Below are positions 37,472 through 49,725 of a DNA stretch of 64,000 nt, piece after piece. The position numbers were made by a program, and so were the translations under genes. The stretch is from Lama glama (Eukaryota): the NCBI GenBank assembly GCA_028534125.1, contig CM052816.1:56670001-56734000 (forward strand). Reading direction: 5' to 3'. Below the pieces are notes generated by a model. It searched no databases. It saw only the letters and a list, made by a program, of their open reading frames with translations, and was not told where the DNA came from. Each line of letters opens with the position of its first letter. The first letter of the stretch is position 1.

Positions 37472-40400
37472 ATCTAAATCCTGGACCACTGGCTATTGGC
37501 TTAGTAAGAGATACAGTTACACTCCATCTCTATGCTTCTTACCCTTCCTGGCATGCAGGGGTTGTGCTTGTGTCTGCAGCATGGTGGCCTTTGGGTTCTT
37601 TTGGCCTCGTATTAACACATGAAGAGACCATACAAGGAGTGTAGTAAGGTCTGTTGCTAGGACAGCAGGTATATTGAAGCAACCGCAAATACGAACTTAT
37701 ACACACACACAGAAATACGTCTTAACACTTAATAAAATACTTTCTCAAAATTTGATGAGTTAGGGGAAAAGTAGATTTTCCTCTTGAACTAACTCCCTAT
37801 ACTGGCTGTTTTCAATCGTTTCAAGTTTCCAACTGTTGTTCTTACACTTAACAGATGTCCCCTCCGAAGGCATCAACCCACTTTGTTTTTCCCTCATCCT
37901 AACTCCTTTTTCAGTAAAACAAGTTACCCAGAATATACTTTCCCTTTTATCTGTATGTGTTAGAGAGAAGAAAAAGAATTTTATTTTTAAGGTCATTTTT
38001 CTCACTAATGACCAGAGACAGAAATAAACCACAGTTGATTCAAAAGGCAAATACTAGTCCTTCCTATTTCTGTGGCCTCCGCAGTGCTCTCTCCCATGAC
38101 GGAAATGGAAAAAGTCCTCAAGTAAGAGGAAAAGTGGAAAATACAGATTCAATGATCAAGTTTAAGGGTGAGCGAATGACAGGTCACATCTGGAGACAGT
38201 ACAGAAACGTAGATGACAGCTTTTTCCCCCCTACATGGTAATAAATTTACATTCATCCAATTTGTCCCTCTTTCCCTATCTCTGTAGCTCTCAACAGCAC
38301 ACAACTGTAGGGTATTTGACCTTTGCTAAGATTAAGACTGCGGCCTGCAGGCTTCACCCAACAAAAACAAAAAGGAAAGAAACTGCCCCATTCATAGACT
38401 GAACCAGGCTGCGATCAGCGGCATTGCAAAACCGGGTAAAAGTTACATCGGGGGTAGAGCATGGGGTGCCTGACTCTTTAGGGACATGTATGATCAGATG
38501 CCTAACTGTGGTTGAGACAGCTTTGTCATTCTCTACTCTCTCTCTCCTCCCTCCCACCCTCCCAGGTGTGCAATTCCCTATTACATCATCCCAGTCTGTT
38601 GCATGTCCAAGGTCTGGGAATGGGAAGAGGCTGAGTTTAGCCACTAAGACACCAGGACACTATCCCCCAGGAAACAAAGTATCTCTGTATGTGATGCTCG
38701 GAATCCCCATTTTCAGACAACACTGCTCCTGCAGCTTTCAGACAAAATAAGAATGGTCATGCTTCAAAAGCTAACAGTCTGGTCAAACTGTTGCCAGGGC
38801 AGCAGAGAAACCTTAGGATGATTTCAACTCATCTACTCTTTCCCGCCAACCAAGAGACAATATTGGGACACTACTCATCGGGGACACTAAGCAGGATTCA
38901 AGTGGAACTTAAATTGCTGAACTTGGACCTCAACCCAGCGTTAATGTTATTCACGTGAAAAGTGAAATACAGAGTTTTAAAAATCAACATTTAGTTCAAA
39001 CTGAAACAGCCAAATCTCCAAATTAAACCTGAACTAGACTGATGTTTCATTTACTTTCTAATCTTGAAGGCATTCCCATGACAATTTCTCCATGCCACTG
39101 GGCAGCCAGTCGCTGTCTTGGCTGCCAATTCACTGATGACAATATCCCCAGCAGGGTGGACAATTAATATAGCTCCAATCCACAAACTCAGCCTCCCTGC
39201 CAGATAGTCTAAAACCCATTTACACAGTCCAGTTTGATCTGAGTGTTTAGACAGATGGGTTGTTTGAACCCACTGCTTCAAGAATATATTTTTGTATATT
39301 CCTATGCCTCTTATCAGACCCAAAAAGGAAGAATGGCTGGACTGACTGCTTTGTCCATTTCAAGCAATTATCCTGTCTGGCATGGGTGGAGGTGAACAGA
39401 GCAGTGTCAGCAGAGCGATCAGCGGTTCATTTCACTGGAGGGAGTGTTACGTGTCCAGGGCCAAGCACTTCTGTCTGTCTGACTGCTTTGTCTCCATTTT
39501 CCCTCCTCTCTCACGTACACACAGACCCTCTTTAATTACTAGCAGAAAACAGTACATTCTACACACTTCACAACATCTGTTCAGGCCTTAATTAATCCAG
39601 CTCTCTCAGTCTCCATAGCAACTGTGCTTAACAGGCTCTCTCCGCATGCAAAAATCTTCCTCTGAGTCAATGACTCGAAATACGGCCACTATCGAAACAT
39701 GTTTACATTAACCCTAGTGTCAGATATGAGAACTTTGCAGGGAGGGTGTCTGCATGGAAAGACCAAGTTGTGAGACCATATTCACCATCACCGTAGTAAA
39801 AGCAGCTGCTTTCAAACCAGAGACACAAGTTAACGCTAATTTTTCAAGGTAGTGCAAAATAAAAAAATCCCATTTCTACCTTTATGTTACTAGAAGTTCC
39901 AGTGCTCCAGAAGATTAATGAGCACAGTTACCCTGATGGAGCACACGGTTGTTGACTGTAGGGCAGTTAAAAGAAATCCAAGCGTTAAGAAGAAACTCAT
40001 CGGGAGGTGGGCCTCCTGAGCCGCTGGCCCTGCAGACCTGAAATCAAAGCTTATTGTTCTTTGCAGGCACCTGCCAGCTTCTTCCCCAGATTAGAGCTTG
40101 CCAGCAGCAGAGAGGTTAGCTTTTCCAAGGAAGCCGTGAACACCGCCAAGGGAAACGTCAAGCACGTTTCCCAGGGTCTGTTTTAGCTCCGTGGACCTTA
40201 GAGATGCTCTCCTTGACGCTGGCTGTGTTTGTGTTTGTATTTGAAGCTGTTATGTTAGAGATAGTAAAAATAAATACTGCCGACTGCCCAGAAAACCTGC
40301 TCAGGTACGATGTGTGGGGGTTGGGGGGAGGGCAGTGGTAAAAGAGCGTGGACAAATGAAGCCAGGCATTTACCCTCCAAGTGGCGTTTCAGTCCACACC

Positions 40401-41793
40401 GGCTTCCATCATTAAATGTTTAACCTGGGTTGCTAACAAGAAGTAAACCATTCAGAGTCCTGGCTCCTTTTCCCCTTCACTGCTTCCTTCTTTGAATAGA
40501 AAAACCACCCAAAACCCACTGAGAAGTGAGAAGAAATTTAGACAAACTCTTGGGCAAGTAGAAAATGCATTTTGTAGACAAATCAGATCCCTTTTATGAT
40601 AAACATAGGACACGCCCCATTTTGAGCTTCTGAACAAGGAGAGAACCTTCCTGAACCCCCCCAACCAGTGACTGGAACTCTGTGGAGCCTGGGGGATAAT
40701 GAACCCCCAAATTGAAGGAGTCGTCATTGGGGAGCTTCTGCAGGAATAAGGGCCCATTCTCTAATGTAACTATAGTAGCTGGTGAAACTAGCAAAGAAAG
40801 TATAACCCTGTTTTCTCAAAGCTCGTTCTTCATCCGCAAGCCGTTGTCTCTTAAGAGATTTCTGACTTTCTGCTCTTCAGAGAGCTTTATTGCTAGGCAG
40901 ACAACTAGGATTCAATTAATGGCATGTTGAAGTTTCTCATCCATGAAGCTTCTACAAAGCTACTGAACCATGGTCCCCCCCCTTCAAGTGACTTCGCCCA
41001 AAACATTATTCAATCACCAACTTGAAGTGAAGGCTTTGAACTCACAAGCCAGAGACAAAGAAATGGAATGGAAACAGGATCAGGGTTCCAGTTCTACCGC
41101 TTCTTTGATCTCAGATTTCCAGAGACTCCTGTTCACCAGGCTCGTCCCCGAAGTCTCATGAAGCTCTTACTCTGAGCACAGTGTCAGGGAGGGCTTTGAT
41201 CCCGGACATCTCCCAAGGCAAAGGAAAGTGGGCTGTGAAAACCTGAAGCAAGGATCCCCCAGCTACTTTGGTTCTTGAGCACGCCCAAGCCCGCCTTCTC
41301 CCTACCCCTAGTCACCAGCATGCGACCCCTGCTGTCATTTTCAGAGGGGGGACTGTGTGGCATTTACCGCTCTAGGCTAAACTCGTTTGGTTTTCACAGC
41401 AGCCCTGCAAGGGCATGGCTATTACTCTCCCCATTTCATCAATAAGCGAACTTAGCTCAGAAGCAAGGCTGTGGGATTGCGCAAGAGATTCCACAAGCGA
41501 CTCCATAACACACATTAAGTGGTGTTGTGCAACCCTGTGGCCCTGGGGAACTTCACTAAGCAGAGCCCAAGTCTGTTTGGTTTTTCCCTACGTTTTTACT
41601 CCTGTCTCTCTTGGTAGAGGGCAGCCGGCATGAGAGAGCATAGAGAACTCTCCGTACTCATCACAGGATCATTGTGGAATCCATGTATCCCCTTCCACTC
41701 CTTCCCCCCACCTTTTTTCCATTTCCCATAAAGCCCAAAGTGGTACATTAAGATGGGGTGAGGGGCGGCATCAGAGATAAGAAAATAAAGCAG

Positions 41794-43057
41794 GTGGTCA
41801 AGACAGCCATGGAGGAAGATCCTACAGTCACCTCCTCCCTTAGACACACTGAATCTATAGCTACATATAGGGCAATTTCTTCTGAAAAAGACCTAAAAAC
41901 TAGCTAAACAGATGGATCACAAACAGATGGAGGAAAGGGCCACAATGAGGCGAGTAGGAGAGGTTGAGATGTGGTCACGTTTAAACAGCCCACAACCCCC
42001 TCCCCCCTAGCACCTCCAGGGAACTCAAACCCAGAGTTTCTCCCTAAGGAACAAAGGGTTCACTCCCCGACATCGGCACCCCCGCTTTTGAGACCTGCAC
42101 TTGAGAGATGAGTCCCTGAAACATCTGGCTTGAAAACCAGTGAGTCTTGCCTCCCCAAGACCCAAGGGGCTGTAGGGTTCTGAGAAACGGCTTTTAAACG
42201 GGCAGGCGTGCAGACTCTCTCTTCCCAGGGACGGCGTGGAAGCAGCCGTTTGAAAAGCGCACAGACTTTATGAGATTCATTTGCTGATATTAAAGCTATG
42301 GCCTGAGGGGCCAAGCCCCCTACTCTTCTGGGATAAGGATGAAGGCGCTGGCAGGCGCGTCTTACATGCCCGCCCTCCCTTGCTAAAGCCAGTGGGCGCA
42401 GGTGTTTTCCCCCGCTTGCTCACCCTCCATCTCCAGTCTACCTGCACCAGCGTCTCCCTGCAGGGGAGCGTTTGCTCCAGTCCAGCCCCCCGGGGTTTTT
42501 GCTGCCATCTTTGTGCCCTCCCTCTGCCTTGCCCGAGCTGGCCAGCTCCCCCAGAAAAGAGTTTATGCCCTGATCTGATGCCCTAGTTTTTCCGACTGTT
42601 GTCTAGCAAACCCCCTCCGGGTAGCCTGGCTCTCTTGGCCAGCAGGGCTTAGACTTGTGTCCCCACAGCACTGTCTCCATCTTACTGTCAAGTATTGACG
42701 TACTTTAAAGCTGCTGCTTGAGGATCTGACTTCCTAATCAGCCTGAATCTAGGTTCTGACTGAGGTGTCCCCCTCCTAGGACGCTGATAGGTCCTTGCAC
42801 ACCCTCAGGCACTGGAAGCCACCAAAAATAAAACAGGGCTGCTTGGATCAACACAGAGGGCTGGGAGACACCCAAGGGCTAGGGCAGGCTTGAACAATAA
42901 GGCTCATCTCCTACACAATCGCCACGATTTCGAGAGGCGGTTGTTTCATCTAGAATACAGAAACCCCGCAGAAAGTCAGGTTAAAGAAAACAGAAACATG
43001 GTCCAAAGGAAAGAAGATAAAATTTTAAGAAGAAAATCTTACTGAAACAGAGATAAG
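41794..43057 (+). mobile_element. L1 5'UTR plus start of ORF1, 3'-truncated (Laurasiatherian-type L1)
   Basis: Begins gtggtcaagacagcc..ggaagatcct..tcacctcctccc..gacacactgaatctatagctacatatag...ctgaaaaagacctaaaaac. GC/CpG-rich interior. Ends in an ORF1-start-like stretch cagaaacatggtccaaaggaaagaagataaaa...tgaaacagagataag. Confidence 0.85.
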
Positions 43058-43285
43058 AAAGCAGAAAAGCGAAGTGAGTCTTTCCCCTTCCCACCACCCC
43101 CTCCCGGCCGCTTTTTTTCTTCCACTTAAAACTGTTTGGACTCAAGTCCTCAGTTCATCCCACAGAAGCACCCTGAGGCATCCTTCCAGATCCCTCTGTT
43201 CCAACAAGCATCTTCAGGTAGCCCCAGGGTCCCCTTTACTTTTGGTTTCTTGTGGCTAAGCACCAACAGGTAGCTACCCCACTGG

Positions 43286-43385
43286 NNNNNNNNNNNNNNN
43301 NNNNNNNNNNNNNNNNNNNNNNNNNNNNNNNNNNNNNNNNNNNNNNNNNNNNNNNNNNNNNNNNNNNNNNNNNNNNNNNNNNNNN
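43286..43385. other. Assembly gap (100 N)
   Basis: Run of n. Confidence 1.
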
Positions 43386-43679
43386 GTGAAGGCAAGTGAA
43401 ATGCATTTGACTAAGGCTTACCCTGGGTTTCAGTAGTCACCATAACCCAGCTGTACGTGGGACGTGATCAGTTCCAAGCTGGGAGAGGTGCTCCCATGTT
43501 TCCCCACGACTCGCGCTAGAGTGCTGGAAAGAAGCGAGACAGATGGGTCCTTCTCCCTGGACACCTTAACCTAGACGGGGAGGGGCTCCTTCTGCAGTGC
43601 TTCCAAGTGTGTGTGTCAGTGTCTCTCAAGTCTTGTTTTATGCCTCTGGACTTTGGCTTGGGTCCCCCACCCTCTGACT

Positions 43680-43903
43680 CTCTACTTATCCTTCAAGCCT
43701 CGGGCATCTTCTCCTTTAGGACAACTCCCTCCCTGCACATGTTACTGGCCCCTACATGCTCTTTCTCTGAGCTCCCATAGTGCCTTGTACTCCTCCGTAT
43801 CTGTTCCTGTGTTTGTCTTCAACAACTTACAAACTTGTTCACTTTTACCTTGTTTCTAATAGACTGGCCTTTAGGAGAGTCAATAAATGTTAATTGAATG
43901 AGT
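43680..43903 (+). mobile_element. L2 3' fragment
   Basis: ctacttatccttcaag...tctctgagctcccatagtgccttgtac...caataaatgttaattgaatga. Confidence 0.65.
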
Positions 43904-44067
43904 TCAATGCAAATAAGCTGAAAGCTAACCTTAGGAAGCCTTAGTCCACTCTCATACCTACCATCTCCAGGCATCTGACCGCTCTACTCACTGCTTCTGG
44001 CTGTGCAGGTGCAACCTGCCTAAGGTCTGGGACCAGGCTGAGCAATTATTCAGAGTTTTTTATGATA

Positions 44068-44285
44068 TGATAATAATAGCTAGCACATATTGAGTGGTTA
44101 CTATGCCCCAGGCTCTGTTCTAAGCACATTGCATAATCATTTAATTCTCACAACAGTTCTGTAAGGTAATCATCTTTGTTTCACAGATGAGGAAACTGAG
44201 ACCTAGAGAGGTGAAGTAACATACCAGGGACACAGCCCGGAAGTCAGAGATCTATCTGGCTGCAGAATCTCTACTCCAAGCCTCT
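44068..44285 (-). mobile_element. MIR SINE
   Basis: taataatagctagcacatattgagtggttactatgccccaggctctgttctaagcac...cagatgaggaaactgagacctagagaggtgaagtaac. Confidence 0.9.
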
Positions 44286-45572
44286 CATCCAGAAAGACAG
44301 AGATGATTGAACCTTAGTAGCCTCAGTTTTATTCTGAGTTTGAAAGACGGTCCGAGGTCACAGGAAGGAATACATCCTCCTTTTCACTTATCTGTAACCC
44401 CCAATTTCATCTTATCATCTTCACCTTATATAACCCTTACACACACACCCCGCAGCAAGTGTTTTTACCCTTTTCTGAATGACCAGGGCTCCAATGGTGA
44501 GTGGGCTGGGAAGTGTCCCAGGATTCCAGCAACTATGCCCTGATGAGCCGCAGAGAAGCTTGGACTATAAACGAGATGCAAGTAGATGAATGCAGCCTGG
44601 AAGGGACAGAGCAAAAAACGTTGCTTTCCCTTCCACAACCAGTCTCTAAAGGGATGAATGTTTCCTTCAAGATCTTCGGTGGGTGGGAAGTATCCTTTGA
44701 CGGAAACTTACTTATGATGCTGAGAAATAGGGTGGTCTTCTAAGATTAGCGAATTTCTGTTGGAGCCACAGAGTGAACTCTACGGAGATCTGAGCTCATT
44801 AAATAGTGAGGACAAAGTAAAACGGAAGAACTTATCAAAAAACCTTTGAGACTTAGTTATGTTAATTGAAAAGACATAAAATTAAATATTAAAGTTATCA
44901 AGAAGAACCTATGAACAGAGACATAACAAAAGATGCCAAGGCCTTCCCCAGGGTGGCTACACAAAGCCCCAGAGTTTGCAGGGCTTGAAAATCAACTGAG
45001 CACACATGTTCTTAAAGAACTCCACGGGGATTTAGAACATCTCTACCTATTTTCACACATGGTTAATGTCCATATCTGCTGTCAGGAAAAAGGGAAAGAT
45101 ATTTATAGTTATTGGAGCAAGGATTTGGACTGAAATATCTATATGCTTTTTATTCGAAGGATAGAGGATTCTGGAATAGACATTACTGAGAGAGAGGGAA
45201 GATAGAGCCTTCTGTCTCGAAGTCTTTAGGGAGAGAAGATGCATCTTATAATTGAGGAGTTCATTTTGGAGATGAAGTGATTGATTAACATTTTAGTGAG
45301 CTATATCCATTCTGTGAAGATTTGTCTCTGAATGTGTTAATATGATTGTGACCCAAATGGCCAGAAGCAGCAAGTCAAAAAAAAAAGGGGTGCCCCTCTC
45401 CCAAAAAGGCTTTCTTTAAAACTAAGATTTGACTTGCTCAAGTGAAAATAGTTATCCAACTGGCAACTTTAGGGAAAAAACAAGCAATGGGAGATGGGTG
45501 AATATTTTTCCTTTCTGATCACAGCTCCCTCCTGGTAAGGACGGCAAGTCTGGGTGGATTTAGTATTCCTCC

Positions 45573-45752
45573 TTTATTTTCATTTTTAATAAAGGGAGGT
45601 TGCATTTGAGTATGAAATGTGTATTTTATTACAGTTCCACACAATTTTAAAATTTCAAAGTAAAATAGTGAGGTAAAAGGTATTTATTGACACTGACCAA
45701 AACATATACAGATATTTCTGAAGAACCACCTGAAAGCATTTCCCGGTTTATT
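45573..45752 (-). terminator. ARHGEF28: Cluster of four canonical polyadenylation signals (AATAAA on minus strand)
   Basis: Plus-strand tttatt at 45747-45752, 45683-45688, 45625-45630 and 45573-45578. U-rich sequence lies downstream of the 45683 site on the minus strand. Confidence 0.7.
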
Positions 45753-46694
45753 TTCTCACAGAGAGACCCGTATTACCCTGAAGGCAAGACGTACCGGTTT
45801 TCCTCTGTGGAAAAGCACATACAGGCAACAAGCTTCAGCGGGGAGCCGTTCTTGTCCTGAACTAGCTGCAGCGCGGAGCTCCTTCCAGGGAGTGCAGGCC
45901 GCTGGCGACAGGCCAGCCACCAGGAGCACGGGCGCCCACTACTGACGCTTCACGTTAGTAGCCAAGTTTACATCCAAACCGACTCGTTGCGGCTTTGCCT
46001 CTGGGCTGTGTTGAATGATGGATGATGCTGAACTGTGGCTTCAAAGCCGACAAGCCTTAGGACCAATAAAGTGTATCTGAAAAACCTCTGGCCCAGGTCC
46101 TGAGTCCAGACTGTGTCCACAGCAGAGTGGCCGCCCGGTCAGGGCAGATGTCCAGACAGGACACCTTGGTTGCATGGTGACTGTAACAGATCACCACCAG
46201 GTGTGACCCCTTCGATGTCCCAAAGACTAGCCAAGAAAAGGCCTTTTCCACATCCTCCTCTGTCTCTGAGGGCACTGAAGTCACTCTCCTTAATTAGCTG
46301 CTGTGATGGCGAAAGTTTGCACAACATGAGTATCACTCTTTCTGTCCGAACTGCTTCGTCAAGATTTTAAAGGACACTTTGAAAAGCAGATGATCCAGTA
46401 GAAAATATAACATGGAAACTTAGGGTCCTAACAACTTGGAAAATATTTTTGCTTACTTAAGTTAATTTCTCCTCCAGAAATCTGAAATTAGGTGTGGTAA
46501 GTGAATGATCATTACAAACAGCTGCTTTCAATAATTTAATTATTAGACTCATGCCCCCAAATGAACTTGCACGAAACGTTAAATATTACTCCTAAAGCAA
46601 TGTGGACGCAGTCACACACACATCAGGAAAAGGAAAAAGAAATTTCTCCCGAAAACACCAGTGTTTTGTTTTGTTTGGAAACACAACAACACAG
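45660..46694 (-). other. ARHGEF28: ARHGEF28 3'UTR (3' end approximate)
   Basis: Repeat-free ~1 kb immediately after the stop codon, with AT-rich patches, ending at a cluster of minus-strand AATAAA hexamers. Confidence 0.7.
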
Positions 46695-46858
46695 TTAGAG
46701 GTAAACAATATTTTCTTCTGCTCCATCTCCAGATTCCCCATCTGGGCTGGTCACTCTCTGTAGACTGAGCTTTGCTTCTGCTATAAATGTCTGCAGCTGA
46801 GGGCCGTGTGGATTGGAGTCGCTAAGGGGTGGGTATTCAGTCTGAGAGATGTCCAAAT
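46695..46858 (-). CDS. ARHGEF28: Terminal coding exon of Rho guanine nucleotide exchange factor 28 (RGNEF/p190RhoGEF), C-terminal 54 aa
   Basis: Minus-strand acceptor ctgac...ctgtgctgtcttgtcttttgcag|ATTTGG (phase 1). Open frame (D)LDISQTEYPPLSDSNPHGPQLQTFIAEAKLSLQRVTSPDGESGDGAEENIVYL then TAA at 46695-46697. Matches my recollection of the ARHGEF28 C-terminus (PQLQ.FI.EAKL...DGE.GDGA.ENIVYL). Followed by a repeat-free UTR and poly(A) signals. Confidence 0.9.
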
Positions 46859-46898
46859 CTGCAAAAGACAAGACAGCACAGGTCACAGAAGAGTCAGC
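46859..46898 (-). promoter_or_regulatory. ARHGEF28: 3' splice site of the last ARHGEF28 intron (branch point, polypyrimidine tract, AG)
   Basis: Minus strand gCTGACtcttctgtgacctgtgctgtcttgtcttttgcAG, with a CTGAC branch-like motif at 46893-46897. Confidence 0.8.
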
Positions 46899-48309
46899 TT
46901 GAGACCCACAAGGCAGGTGACACTCAGGCAGACCCCCCTAAGACTGGGAAATGCCACGGCCACAGAGCCAGCCGCAGAGAGAATGACAGAGTCCAGTGAG
47001 GAAGGAACAAAATGCATACCTAATGCCTTAATCAAAAATATTAAAATGTTCGGTTATGTGTACAACTGTCTCCTATGGCTAAAGATAACCTTTACAAAAT
47101 ACTCCCAGGGAAACATCAAATGAATAAAGACGTCACCAGTTGTGGGCTGTTAGAACACTGGGACTGCTGAGAAAGGGGTGCCCAGTTAGTTTTAAAGGTG
47201 GTTCCACGTCTGAGAAATACAGTATCTCCTCTAGCTCTGTGCAATCAGCCGCATTTGCATCTGCACAGCATCCTCCCTCAGAATATCTCAAAGTCAAGAA
47301 CTGACCTGAAGACTCAGATAATGTACCTGGAGTTTTACTGATGGGCAGTAAGGGGCCAGGAGAAAGGAGATGAAGGCTGGAGACCCTCCAGCCCCAGCAG
47401 TATACAAATCTGTTAACACCACACGAATCATTTTGCAAGAGCAGCCAGGTTCCTGGGGGAAACCGTTCCAGTATCGACTGACTGGCTTTGTTGTTTTTTT
47501 TTTTTTCTGGTTACCTAGCAACAGCAGGGCATATCTGTTTTCTTCTTTTCTGGTAAAAACCTTCTAATACATGGTTTGAAGGGAAGGCAAAGGTGGCTTG
47601 TGATTTGGGGGAAAAGCAAGGTTCCTGCTGCAGACCACGTTCTCCACGTTGTTCCGTGGACCACCATCCCTGAAGCCTGGCTCTGGCAAAGTTACAAACA
47701 ACCAGCTTCAGCTGGAGCAGGAAGCAGAGGACATGTGGATACCCAGGTGGGAAGATGGAGAGCCCTGAGGGCCGCCTGCTCTTTCTTTCAGTCATTAACA
47801 AGAGGCCATTATAATCCTGGCCACATTTTATTCAAAGCCTCTATCATTTAGATGGATACACAGAACTGCTGGCATGCTGATGACAAAAACGCTTGTAACT
47901 CTGACCCTCCTGACAAGGCTCTTCAGTTATTAGGGAGGCAGGTAGCAAAGCCTGGCAGGAATGAAGGGCCCAGAGTCCTCACAAGGCTCCACCTTCAGGG
48001 ACGTGGCTTCCCCACTATACTTCCTTCCACCACTGCCTCCACAGGGAGTAGACACCAGTCACCAGGAGGGGCTGACCTGTGCCTCGCCTGAGAAGCTGAG
48101 AGGACCCTGGGAGGAAGGGAGAGCCGGGGGAGGGGGTGCTGCACTCCACAGCTTTGCTCAAAGGTTTAGGCCATCTCACACACCTCAGATATCCATTGAC
48201 ACTGGGATGATGATTCTCGTGACCCTCATTCCAAATCCTGTACCTCAAATACCGGGAACTCACTCTGATACTGGAAACGTAACTCTGGAAGATGCCTCCA
48301 AGTACCACC

Positions 48310-48460
48310 ACGTATAGAGTGTTCCAAGTCTTCTACAGTCATCGTCTCTCTAAGCCTCAAAATACTGTAACTCACAAAGTACAGGTTGGGAAACCGAGGC
48401 TCAGGCCAGTTACACTCTTGCCCATCACACAGCCAGGAAGGAGTCTAGGTGTGAACTCGG
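48310..48460 (-). mobile_element. MIR fragment
   Basis: tacaggttgggaaaccgaggctcagg...cttgcccatcacacagccagg. Confidence 0.65.
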
Positions 48461-48740
48461 AGGGCCATTGCCATTTGCCCATCTGCTCAAGATTCTCATG
48501 ATCCCCATTTCTCCTTGTGCTGGAAATGGCTTGACCATCTTTGCTGAATTAAGAGACCCTGGATGTTTAATAGTTATCCTCCTTCCTAAGGACCACATTT
48601 TAAAGAGTCACTTACAAAAAAGAGAGAGAAAAAGACATTCTGAGCTCCTCCCAACTGACATGGTAATTACTATAAAACTAGGAAACTCCCTCATTGAATC
48701 AGGTAAACCCCAAAGCCCCCAGGCAGTGATTTCACTATTG

Positions 48741-49240
48741 NNNNNNNNNNNNNNNNNNNNNNNNNNNNNNNNNNNNNNNNNNNNNNNNNNNNNNNNNNNN
48801 NNNNNNNNNNNNNNNNNNNNNNNNNNNNNNNNNNNNNNNNNNNNNNNNNNNNNNNNNNNNNNNNNNNNNNNNNNNNNNNNNNNNNNNNNNNNNNNNNNNN
48901 NNNNNNNNNNNNNNNNNNNNNNNNNNNNNNNNNNNNNNNNNNNNNNNNNNNNNNNNNNNNNNNNNNNNNNNNNNNNNNNNNNNNNNNNNNNNNNNNNNNN
49001 NNNNNNNNNNNNNNNNNNNNNNNNNNNNNNNNNNNNNNNNNNNNNNNNNNNNNNNNNNNNNNNNNNNNNNNNNNNNNNNNNNNNNNNNNNNNNNNNNNNN
49101 NNNNNNNNNNNNNNNNNNNNNNNNNNNNNNNNNNNNNNNNNNNNNNNNNNNNNNNNNNNNNNNNNNNNNNNNNNNNNNNNNNNNNNNNNNNNNNNNNNNN
49201 NNNNNNNNNNNNNNNNNNNNNNNNNNNNNNNNNNNNNNNN
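48741..49240. other. Assembly gap (500 N)
   Basis: Run of n. Confidence 1.
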
Positions 49241-49635
49241 AGGCCACAGGCTGCATGGGGCACTGATACCCAGAGACAGCCCCCTAAGTCCCCCCATTTC
49301 TAGCCCTTCACTGCAACCTGATGGTTGAGATGTGCATTTATCGTTTTCACACTGTGCGCACCAGCTCTTGGAATTTCAAACAATCAGAGAAGAGGATGCG
49401 GGATCTGGGATGATACAACCACAGGGATCAGCTCCTGAAGGGCAGGAAGGAACATGGGCCCCCTCCATCAGCTCAGCATCATGGTCATGCTTTTGAGCCA
49501 ATGGGACAATTGGTTACTTTCAAGACCAGACTGTAAACTCAAGGTGTAAAATGCGACCATGTGTCATATGAAGAGTGAACAAAGTGTCCCCAAAAGTGAG
49601 ACATGAATGAAATTTTTCAAACTGCAAGATAAAAT

Positions 49636-49725
49636 GTAAACTTGGGCAAGTCACTTGCCCTCTCTGGGCTTCAGTTCATGAAGGATCCAACTGAAATCAT
49701 CATTCAGGCCTCTTAAACTTCTTAC
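49636..49725 (+). mobile_element. MIR/MIR3 fragment
   Basis: cttgggcaagtcacttgccctctctgggcttcagtt. Confidence 0.7.

Noticed and set aside
40594..40740. Minus-strand acceptor cttattcctgcag plus ORF as an alternative last exon
   Set aside because: In the phase required by ARHGEF28 (phase 1) it hits TGA after three full codons. No other support.
48468..49328. Long ORFs spanning N-runs (also 20795-21370, 37233-37644, 43150-43395)
   Set aside because: Artefacts of translating assembly gaps.
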